A DNA stretch of 56,002 nt, the filler included, from Candidatus Woesearchaeota archaeon (lineage in GTDB: Archaea; Nanobdellota; Nanobdellia; Woesearchaeales; GCA-2685855), in assembly GCA_002685855.1 (NCBI GenBank). It is 4 parts of 4 records of this genome, joined end to end, with 100 filler letters (N's around TTAATTAATTAA, not from the genome) between each part and the next. Parts side by side here need not be neighbours in the genome. Positions count along the whole stretch, not along the records: positions 12,090 to 40,992 come from NYYS01000059.1; 3 more parts are not named here. One strand, 5' to 3'. The notes beneath the pieces were generated by a model. The model ran no database searches. It had not been told where the DNA came from and was given only the letters and a program-made list of their open reading frames with translations. This document shows, in pieces, positions 18,795-26,487 of this stretch. The number at the start of each line of letters is the position of its first letter. Position 1 is the stretch's first letter. A program made the translations under genes and the position numbers.

Positions 18795-19121
18795 TTAGAT
18801 CCTCTTAAATACCTCGGCAATCTCAGAGGTCGCTGAAGGCCCATGAGTACCCTTAAAAAAGATTTTCGCTCCCCGGACAAGCCGCATTCCACCCTTAGCC
18901 TCTGCTGCCTCCTCAGGACCCTTATGGATCGTAAGAATCTCAAACCAATGCCCCGCCAGATGAATCTTGGCATCAGTCAGAATCTGCTTTCCCACTCCTC
19001 GGGCCTTAATACCTCCCAAGCCACCACCCTTAAACAAGACAACATACTCATACCTCCAGGCAGCATGCTCAATCCTCTTTCTTCTCAACCTAAACTTTGA
19101 CAACATTCTATCTTCAGACAA
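18795..19121 (-). CDS. Hypothetical basic protein
   Basis: ORF filling the gap between the methyltransferase and rpoL. Confidence 0.5.
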   Translation of the reverse strand: MSEDRMLSKFRLRRKRIEHAAWRYEYVVLFKGGGLGGIKARGVGKQILTDAKIHLAGHWFEILTIHKGPEEAAEAKGGMRLVRGAKIFFKGTHGPSATSEIAEVFKRI

Positions 19122-19705
19122 GAAACATTTATTAATTTTCTCCTTTTTAAATGATGCTTCATACTCTGCTTCAAAGGAAAAGAGAACGAAAACTCCTTAC
19201 CAACCCTCCACTTCTTCTTTGCAACAAACCCCTTCACATACTCCAGGGTAGAAGACTTATGTAACGTATACACCTTCTTAGAAAGCAACATCGCAGCCTC
19301 CAGAAAACGTAGATCCTCATGCGCCTCACGTGTACCAAACGGAGGATTCATCACCACAAGATCAACCTTCTCAGAAAACAAAGAAAGATCACCCACAACA
19401 ATCTCATACCTTTCCTCATCAATATTCTGGCTTGAAAGATTCTCCCTCAACACTGCAATAGCATCTGGATCCACCTCAACAAAAAAAACCTTCCCAGCTC
19501 CAAGAATCAAAGCACCAATACCTAACACACCTGTACCCGCCCCCAAATCAGCAACACACTTCCCCTCAATCTCCCCCTCCATAGCCGCAGCCCAAAGGAT
19601 TTCCGCAGCAACATCCGGATCAGTCACATACTGCTCCAAATTTGCCTTGGGAGCAACAAACTCTCTAAGCTTACTCAACTCCACACTCAACGATTTCTGA
19701 GACAT
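19085..19705 (-). CDS. METTL5-like N6-adenine methyltransferase
   Basis: LEQY.T, DLGAGTG.LG, NPPFG, H....I.V. Confidence 0.9.
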   Translation of the reverse strand: MSQKSLSVELSKLREFVAPKANLEQYVTDPDVAAEILWAAAMEGEIEGKCVADLGAGTGVLGIGALILGAGKVFFVEVDPDAIAVLRENLSSQNIDEERYEIVVGDLSLFSEKVDLVVMNPPFGTREAHEDLRFLEAAMLLSKKVYTLHKSSTLEYVKGFVAKKKWRVGKEFSFSFPLKQSMKHHLKRRKLINVSCLKIECCQSLG

Positions 19706-19795
19706 AGTAACTGAATCCACTTTTCTTTTATATGCATTCCGCTATCACAAAATATTTAAACTACCTCCTACACGATATTCTGTTTTGTTGGGGTA

Positions 19796-20296
19796 TTGTG
19801 TGTGGTAAAAAAAGAGCAACTACAAAGGGCTTTTCAGGCCATAAAAAAAGAATTCGAAGAACATCTCGACGGTATAAACAAGAACACTGAAGAGATTCAA
19901 ACACTCTTCGGCTACCTCCAGGAAGTCGAAGGAAAGGTCGACAAACTCATGGAACGCCTCGACACCATCGAATTCTCAACAGAAATAGAGAACGGAAACA
20001 CCACCACAGCAATCGAACTCAACATACGAGAACAGGAAGTATTCACTGTCATCTACTGTTCAGAAGAGGCCATCCAAACAGAAGAGATCGCAAAACGACT
20101 CGGATTCACCCCCTCTATGATAAACAGCTATATCTATAGAATCATATCCAAAGGTGTTCCCCTAATCCGAGATTTTAAAGAAGAAAAATCCTATATCAAG
20201 TTAGACCCTTCTTTCAAAGACCTTCAAATGAGAAAAAACATCCTAAAAATCGACGAATCTGTCTCTCGGACAATGTTGGCAGAGAAGATGATATAG
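19796..20296 (+). CDS. Coiled-coil + winged-HTH DNA-binding protein
   Basis: N-terminal heptads; LN.REQEVF...IA.RLG...I..KGVP HTH. Confidence 0.75.
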   Translation: MCVVKKEQLQRAFQAIKKEFEEHLDGINKNTEEIQTLFGYLQEVEGKVDKLMERLDTIEFSTEIENGNTTTAIELNIREQEVFTVIYCSEEAIQTEEIAKRLGFTPSMINSYIYRIISKGVPLIRDFKEEKSYIKLDPSFKDLQMRKNILKIDESVSRTMLAEKMI

Positions 20297-20432
20297 AGCT
20301 CTTTTTTTCACCCAGAATCAACACAAAAAATGTGTGTGTTGCTAAAATATTTTAAGCATATCTTCTCTTAAATTAATCTGAAACTTTTAAGCAAAACTTA
20401 AAAATTATTCAATCAATATAGATATTTTATAT

Positions 20433-20527
20433 CCAATACATAGTTAAACCAATAAATTGTATCTCCAATAAATAGTACAACCAATAAATAATTTTTAAAA
20501 AATATTATTGCAAAACCAATAAATATA
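20433..20527 (+). repeat. Left array of 16-bp-period repeats (CCAATAAATAGT)
   Basis: Units at 20433, 20449, 20465, 20481 and a fifth at 20516. Confidence 0.85.
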
Positions 20528-20552
20528 AATAGGAGCACATTCAAAAAACAGT

Positions 20553-20894
20553 ATGCCAAAAGAGAGCGGTCTCCTCGAATTAAAGGGGTTCCTTAGTTTT
20601 CTTATCCTTCATGAGCTCGATCAGAAGATTCTCTGCGGTGATGACTTGGCAATGAGAATAGGTGAACGAAAAGGCTCGATGCTCACTCCTGGAACAATTT
20701 ATCCTGCATTGAAAAAGCTCAGAAATAAACGTTTAATCCGGTATCGAAGACAGGGAAGAAAGAAGATGTACTATCTCTCAGAAATGGGAAAAGAGGAATT
20801 AAAACTTTTATATAAGCAATTTTCGCAATATTTTTATGGATTAAAGAGATTCATCAAGCGAAAATCACCAAAAAAAATAAAGAAGAAAAAATGA
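20553..20894 (+). CDS. PadR-family winged-helix protein
   Basis: GFL..LIL..L, PGTIYPAL..L, RK.Y.L...G. Confidence 0.9.
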   Translation: MPKESGLLELKGFLSFLILHELDQKILCGDDLAMRIGERKGSMLTPGTIYPALKKLRNKRLIRYRRQGRKKMYYLSEMGKEELKLLYKQFSQYFYGLKRFIKRKSPKKIKKKK

Positions 20895-20896
20895 TG

Positions 20897-20965
20897 GAAA
20901 TGCTTAAAGGTTTTAGAAAACAACAAAAAAGACAAAATATAAGAAATGCTTAAAGGTTTTAGAAA
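20897..20965. repeat. Perfect 23-bp direct repeat
   Basis: GAAATGCTTAAAGGTTTTAGAAA at 20897-20919 and 20943-20965. Confidence 0.9.
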
Positions 20966-21495
20966 TGGCTGAATTTGCAAGAGACGTACGAAAAGGTGAA
21001 CAATCGAGCCAGATCATGGCTCGCCTCCAAAGAGAACATCAGGTAGCAGAAGCTCTCATAAAACACGTAGAGCGAGCCCAGGAATCGATGGACCAGATCC
21101 ACGACCTAGAAAAACACCTCAACACCGTAGCCGACATCGTGAGGAAACTTGCTGATAGAAAGAGACACATCCAGGGAAAGGTAGACAAATGGGTGGCAAA
21201 ACATGAGCTGAGGGGTGACCTCAACGAAAAAAAGGCAGCACATAGAAGAAAGAGAGCCATCCATCGAATGATGGCCCTTACCAAAAAAGCACATAAAAGA
21301 CTAACTCCTGTTCTACAAGAGCTCCAGAAGATAAGACCTGCAACCCAGAACATCAACAAAATCATAGAACAGATGAATAAAGACATGGCCTATGTTGATG
21401 AGTATGAAAATGAAGAGATGAAAGAGCTCAACAGATGGGATCGACAGGTAGTCAAAGCCCGAAGAAGCTGGCACCTTTTTTCCGGTAGAATTTGA
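20965..21495 (+). CDS. Hypothetical helical/coiled-coil protein
   Basis: 176-aa charged all-alpha ORF. Confidence 0.7.
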   Translation: MAEFARDVRKGEQSSQIMARLQREHQVAEALIKHVERAQESMDQIHDLEKHLNTVADIVRKLADRKRHIQGKVDKWVAKHELRGDLNEKKAAHRRKRAIHRMMALTKKAHKRLTPVLQELQKIRPATQNINKIIEQMNKDMAYVDEYENEEMKELNRWDRQVVKARRSWHLFSGRI

Positions 21496-21508
21496 TAGTC
21501 GATTTAGG

Positions 21509-21536
21509 TGTGGAAATAAGCTATTTTATGTTAAAA
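21509..21536. other. Second, bacterial-like dif-type site
   Basis: TGTGGAAATAA-GCTATT-TTATGTTAAAA; right arm matches the E. coli XerD arm TTATGTTAAAT at 10/11. Confidence 0.45.
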
Positions 21537-21597
21537 CCAAGGTTTTCACCATTTATCGACGAGAAAACCCACAAAGTCTAGGTAACTGATCAAATAA

Positions 21598-21625
21598 CAT
21601 TCGCATAATCAACATTATGCGAAGC
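21598..21625. other. dif site (XerA recombination site)
   Basis: CATTCGCATAA-TCAACA-TTATGCGAAGC: 11-6-11 layout, 9-bp perfect inverted arms, about 30 bp upstream of xerA. Confidence 0.88.
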
Positions 21626-21654
21626 TTTATATATGTGTGCTTTTCTAGAATACT

Positions 21655-22452
21655 ATGTCTTGGGTGAAGAAGGTTGAGGTTGAATTGAAGTTGAAGGGGT
21701 GTAGTCCGCACACTGTCCAGGCTTTTTTGATGCAGACGCGGAAATTTTTTGAATTTGTGAATAAGGAGCCGGAACAGATAGAGCTGGATGATGTAAAGGC
21801 CTATCTTGCTTTTCTGATCTCTGATAAAGGATTGGCTCCTCGTTCTGTGGCTTTGGCCAGGAGTGCAATTTTGTTCTGCCTGAATAAGGTGTATGGAAAG
21901 GGGTTTGAAACTGTATCTGCTCCAAAGGCGCCTAAGTCGTTACCTTTAGTATTGTCAAAGGATGAAGTGAAACTGCTTTTGGATAGTTGTAAGCACAAGA
22001 AATCCCGATTGATCCTGGAGCTGTTGTATAGTTCGGGGATGAGGGTTTCAGAGGTGTTGAATCTACGTCATGAGGATCTGGAGTATGAAAAGGGACTAGG
22101 GTGGGTTCGTGGTGGAAAAGGAGGGAAGGATCGTATTTTTCCGTTGTCAAAGGGGTTTAAGGAGAAGATCGGTGGGGGGCATGGGTTGGTTTTTTCTAAT
22201 GTGGGAAAACCGATGAGTGCCCGGAATGTGCAGCAGATTATTAAGCGAGCTGCGGTGTCTGCAGGTATTCAAAAGAAAATAACGCCTCATAAGCTTCGGC
22301 ACAGTTTTGCCACCCACTTATTGGAGGATGGAGTAGATATTCGTGTGATCCAGGAAGTGTTGGGACATGCCTCTTTACAGACGACACAGATCTATACGCA
22401 TGTGAGTTCTAAGGCTATTAGTGGTATTGAGAATCCGTTAGATAAATTGTAA
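21655..22452 (+). CDS. xerA: Tyrosine recombinase XerA
   Basis: N-terminal SAM-like domain; G.RVSE, GKG.KDR, HKLRHSFATH, LGH....TTQIY; no IntI-type insertion seen. Confidence 0.92.
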   Translation: MSWVKKVEVELKLKGCSPHTVQAFLMQTRKFFEFVNKEPEQIELDDVKAYLAFLISDKGLAPRSVALARSAILFCLNKVYGKGFETVSAPKAPKSLPLVLSKDEVKLLLDSCKHKKSRLILELLYSSGMRVSEVLNLRHEDLEYEKGLGWVRGGKGGKDRIFPLSKGFKEKIGGGHGLVFSNVGKPMSARNVQQIIKRAAVSAGIQKKITPHKLRHSFATHLLEDGVDIRVIQEVLGHASLQTTQIYTHVSSKAISGIENPLDKL

Positions 22453-22486
22453 GAATTGCTTAAAAGTTTTAGCTTGTGTTTTTTGT

Positions 22487-22564
22487 GGTGTTTATTGGAT
22501 GTACTATCTATTGGGTAACCTATTTATTGGATAAACTATGTGTCGGATTTACTATTTTTATCGG
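22487..22564 (-). repeat. Right array of 16-bp-period repeats, inverted relative to the left array
   Basis: Minus-strand units CCAATAAACACC, CCAATAGATAGT, CCAATAAATAGG, CCGACACATAGT ending (+) at 22498, 22514, 22530, 22546; weaker fifth at 22564. Confidence 0.85.
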
Positions 22565-22649
22565 ATTTTTTTGTTTTATAATATTTGGGTTTTGCTAGAA
22601 TAATTTAGTTGAATATATTGATAAAAGTTTTAAGCAAATATAGAAATAT

Positions 22650-23189
22650 TTAGAATGGTGCATTGCTTGATCCGGATGAAGTGTTGGAAGCGAAGTGTTT
22701 TCGTATAAAGTATCTGATAAGGGAAAGGATGCTGAAGAGGATGATGATGTCGAGGATGACATACCAGGAAGGCGAGAGACTGCCAAAGGACCAGAGGACT
22801 ACGAATATGGCAATGTAATAGATGATGAAGGTGTGGGCTAAGGCAAAGGTGATGTTTTCACTAAAGGAGTGTCTGAAGCTGATATAGCCTATGAAGATGG
22901 CGTAGAGAAGCATAAAGAGGATGACAAAGAACTTTCCCCAGGAGAAGATGTCTTTGAGGAAGATGATGTTCATCATGCTGATGCAGATCCAGAAGAGGCT
23001 GATGGCGTTTCCTACTGCTGAGTTCCAGCCGAGCTTTTCTCCTGTATGTGTTTCAAAGTAGTATTCCATGAGGAGCCAGATGAGGATTAGGGGGGCTAAT
23101 TGCCAGAGAATGGTGAGGTCTTTGAATGGTGCTTTCAGGATTTCGAGATAGCCTTTTCCAAGGATTGCGAGGAAGGATGTAAAACTCAT
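22650..23189 (-). CDS. Integral membrane protein
   Basis: About 5 hydrophobic helices; EKLGWNSA.GN. Confidence 0.75.
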   Translation of the reverse strand: MSFTSFLAILGKGYLEILKAPFKDLTILWQLAPLILIWLLMEYYFETHTGEKLGWNSAVGNAISLFWICISMMNIIFLKDIFSWGKFFVILFMLLYAIFIGYISFRHSFSENITFALAHTFIIYYIAIFVVLWSFGSLSPSWYVILDIIILFSILSLIRYFIRKHFASNTSSGSSNAPF

Positions 23190-23294
23190 GATACTTTTTT
23201 AATGATAAGCTTTAAATAGTTTTCCTCGATCTATTATTTGTATTCTATTTAAAAATGATTAAATATTTAAAAAGATTGGATTTTCTTATTATCG

Positions 23295-25220
23295 ATGAAA
23301 TATGTTCCATTTAGTGGTCAAAGGACTTTAATGAGGGAAAGGTATCCTGATGCTTTTGATAATACCAATTTGTCTCCTAATAGATATTATGGTCAAGAGC
23401 TGATTGACAAGGAAGAAATCAAAAATGGTGAGAATGTAGGTGTTTTTTTTGGAGGAGATAAAGAAAGTCAGGAAAAGGCCCTGAATATAGCAAAATCAGC
23501 ACTTCGTTCTGGTGCTCATGTAACGATGTTTTATAGACCAAAATGGTTTCCAGAAAGAGATGGTGTTGCGCATGACGCCTCTAATACTTTTTATTGTTCA
23601 ATTCATACGGAAGATCAGCTTGAAGGCATCATTGATGAAAATCAGATTAAAACACCTAATTTTCATGAAATAGAACTTGGATCGTTTCCTCATCTAGATG
23701 CGAGCTATGTTGTTTCAACTTATTGGAACAGAAATCTGTTAGGGATCAGGGACATATCAGATAAAACTATAGGGTTTCATGGAGAACTTGCGAAAAATGA
23801 TGATGGTGAACAATCAACAGAACTGGCTTATACGATGGAAAGGTATCTTATTGAAAATGTTGATGAGTTTCGAGCTGAAAATGCCCATAACAGACAACTC
23901 CTTCAACATCGTCATCTAGGAATTAATAAACCTATTAAGTTGTTATCTGAAAAAGAATCTGAAATTAGTGGTAAGAAAGTATTGTATTTGCCTGAATTTC
24001 CACTTCAGGAGAACATGGTTGCAAGATGGAGACATGAATGGCCTTCTCAGTACTTGGGTGAGTATGGGGTTCAATACTCCATAAAATCTTCTTTAGGATC
24101 TGTGTTAGAAAAAGATGAAAATGGTAATTTGATTTGGAAACAGAGCTTAATTGATGAAGCTCAAAGAGACGGAAAGGTCTTTAATGATTCATTCATTTCT
24201 GAAAAATGTCTAGAATCCATTAAAAAATATATCGATGAAGCTGATGTCGTGGTTTTTGGAAGAACAAGTAACAAATTTGGAGGTCGACTTTTTGAATATG
24301 CAAAACAAACAGGAAAAGTTGTGGGGTATGAAGTTGATGATTTAATCTTCGGTGAACACGCAATTTCCGCATATAGTAGACCAATTGATGGAGATCCCTT
24401 AGGGATGTCTATGTCTCAATACATCGATGATCAGATTCGAGATGCGGATTTTGTAACTGTAACTACTCGGGATTTAGCTAATGAAGTAGCTCGATTGCGA
24501 CATGAATCAGAGAATGTTTATGTTGTTAGGAATAGGATTCATATTGATGAGCTTAAAGACCTCGTCACAAAAGAACCTGCTGAAGAAGAGGATCAATTAC
24601 GAATAGGTTGGGCAGGAAGTTATCACCATATAGATAAATTATTGGGGATGGGAGATGTTATACAACGTCTTTATCAGGATTATGGAGATAAGGTAAAATT
24701 TGTGTTTAAAGGTCTTGATGAAAAGTTTATGTGCGACCCTGTTATGAGAGAAAAATATGAAGCATTTAGACAGATGATGGATGGAATTCCTCATGAGTTA
24801 CATGGATACACCAAACAAGGCGATTGGAAAGACTATTATAGAGAATTATCTGATTTGGATTTAGATATTTTTCTTGCACCTGCAAAAAATGATGAAGAAC
24901 ACCGAGGAAAAAGTGAGTTAAAATATTTAGAAGGTGCTTTCAGTGGGGCAGCTACTGTTGCTCATGATATTGGTGGTCATTCAGAATCAATTAATTCAGG
25001 AGTAAATGGACTTTTAGTTGATATTGATGATCTTGAACACAGTAATGAACAATTTTATCATTCAATAAAAAGATTGGTTGATGATACATCATTAAGAAAA
25101 CGTATTAAAAAAAGATCCTTAGATGATCTTTTAGAGTCTTATGATGTCAGAAGAAGTTCAGAAGAATTACATAAAATATTTTTAGAACAAATAAAAATGA
25201 AAGAAGGTGGTAAAAAATGA
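23295..25220 (+). CDS. GT-B (family 4-like) glycosyltransferase with extra N-terminal domain
   Basis: YEVDD, AD.VTV.T..L, RIGWAGS..H, LDI.LAP, KSELK.LE, NG.L. Confidence 0.8.
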   Translation: MKYVPFSGQRTLMRERYPDAFDNTNLSPNRYYGQELIDKEEIKNGENVGVFFGGDKESQEKALNIAKSALRSGAHVTMFYRPKWFPERDGVAHDASNTFYCSIHTEDQLEGIIDENQIKTPNFHEIELGSFPHLDASYVVSTYWNRNLLGIRDISDKTIGFHGELAKNDDGEQSTELAYTMERYLIENVDEFRAENAHNRQLLQHRHLGINKPIKLLSEKESEISGKKVLYLPEFPLQENMVARWRHEWPSQYLGEYGVQYSIKSSLGSVLEKDENGNLIWKQSLIDEAQRDGKVFNDSFISEKCLESIKKYIDEADVVVFGRTSNKFGGRLFEYAKQTGKVVGYEVDDLIFGEHAISAYSRPIDGDPLGMSMSQYIDDQIRDADFVTVTTRDLANEVARLRHESENVYVVRNRIHIDELKDLVTKEPAEEEDQLRIGWAGSYHHIDKLLGMGDVIQRLYQDYGDKVKFVFKGLDEKFMCDPVMREKYEAFRQMMDGIPHELHGYTKQGDWKDYYRELSDLDLDIFLAPAKNDEEHRGKSELKYLEGAFSGAATVAHDIGGHSESINSGVNGLLVDIDDLEHSNEQFYHSIKRLVDDTSLRKRIKKRSLDDLLESYDVRRSSEELHKIFLEQIKMKEGGKK

Positions 25221-25789
25221 ACGATCTCGTAGTTTTAATTGGTCTGCATGGAAAAAAAGGAACTGAAATTAAAAAAAAATTAGAACAACAAGGGTTTAGC
25301 AGTCTCTCTTTTGATGGCATTATGAAAAAACTCTACAGATCTCGAAGTTTTTCAGATCTTACACCTGAAGAAATTAAAAATGCATATTTACAGTTTGGAG
25401 AGCAAACAGGTGAATGTTTAACTTCATCACCTGTTATACTTGATGAACCATTTATTCAAGAAGATGCGTTTGATTGGTTTAGATCAAAGATTACCAATTT
25501 TGATCAGGACAATGTGTTCTTTTTTCAGCTAGGAGCAAAGATTGACACTTTACTAAAGCGCGATCCTCGGTTTCCTTATATGAAAACTTCTTCACCAGAA
25601 AGAGAAGCTGCTTCAGGGCCTAACGAGCCATTCTTTAAAGCATATTCTGAAAGATATCACCCTGTGATTATTAAAGTTGAACCCCTACCCGCGAAAACTG
25701 CTGTTGAAGTTTTAATTTCTCAACTTGCACTTGAAAGTCAATATCGAGCAACTGAGAAAACTAAAGATTATCCTATTATTGAAAAATGA
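25217..25789 (+). CDS. P-loop nucleotide kinase-like protein
   Basis: VVLIGLHGKKGT (degenerate Walker A), VILD, L.A....L.KR; overlaps upstream stop. Confidence 0.55.
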   Translation: MNDLVVLIGLHGKKGTEIKKKLEQQGFSSLSFDGIMKKLYRSRSFSDLTPEEIKNAYLQFGEQTGECLTSSPVILDEPFIQEDAFDWFRSKITNFDQDNVFFFQLGAKIDTLLKRDPRFPYMKTSSPEREAASGPNEPFFKAYSERYHPVIIKVEPLPAKTAVEVLISQLALESQYRATEKTKDYPIIEK

Positions 25790-25914
25790 AGAGATTGTCA
25801 CTTTTTAATTTTATGAGAAATCTTGATTTTTGATTACTCACCATCTCTCATATCTTTTCTATAGTAAACTTTATAAACTCCCTCTTCCCCAAAAAGGCAT
25901 ATTGAGGTGTGTGA

Positions 25915-26487
25915 ATGGAGAATAAGGCTCGAAATCTGGTTAGTACACTAGTCTTTTTTCTCTTTATGCCTTCTGCTTTTGCCTTACGGACGCTGAGAAC
26001 AGGGTATAGTCCTCTGGATCGTGGATTTGAGGTGATAGGGAACGTTTTTAATATAAAGATTCTGGAGCGGAACGAGTTTGTACGGGTAGGGATTGCCAAA
26101 TTTTTGCTTTATATTATTGTGTTTACCTTGGTTCATTATGCATTAAGGAAGAAGTTTGATAATCGGCCTGCTACGGTGATAGCGGCTGCCTTTTCGGCTT
26201 TTATCTTCTTTTTGCCTAGGGTGTGGTTTACGACGACAGGGAACGTTCTGGCGGCGATTATTGGGATTTCCTTATATATTGTGATTGCTGTAGCAGCGAT
26301 CTATTTTGCGTTTAAGGTGTTTAATGGTGAAACAACGGGTGTGGCGTGGGCGGATCACATGATAGGGATTGTTATCTTGATTACTGCGATGATTCTTATT
26401 GAAGCAACAGCAGCTACATTGGTGGTTGTTCCGCTTTTGCACCCACAACTTATTGAAAAGATCAGGAATAGAATACGATGGCAGTAG
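25915..26487 (+). CDS. Multi-pass membrane protein
   Basis: Signal-like N-terminus plus about 4 TM helices. Confidence 0.7.
   Translation: MENKARNLVSTLVFFLFMPSAFALRTLRTGYSPLDRGFEVIGNVFNIKILERNEFVRVGIAKFLLYIIVFTLVHYALRKKFDNRPATVIAAAFSAFIFFLPRVWFTTTGNVLAAIIGISLYIVIAVAAIYFAFKVFNGETTGVAWADHMIGIVILITAMILIEATAATLVVVPLLHPQLIEKIRNRIRWQ

Noticed and set aside
20433..20527. Repeat arrays as a CRISPR array
   Set aside because: 16-bp period with no unique spacers and no cas genes
21655..22452. Recombinase as an integron integrase or provirus integrase
   Set aside because: 265 aa, no IntI-specific insertion, canonical dif adjacent, no viral genes nearby
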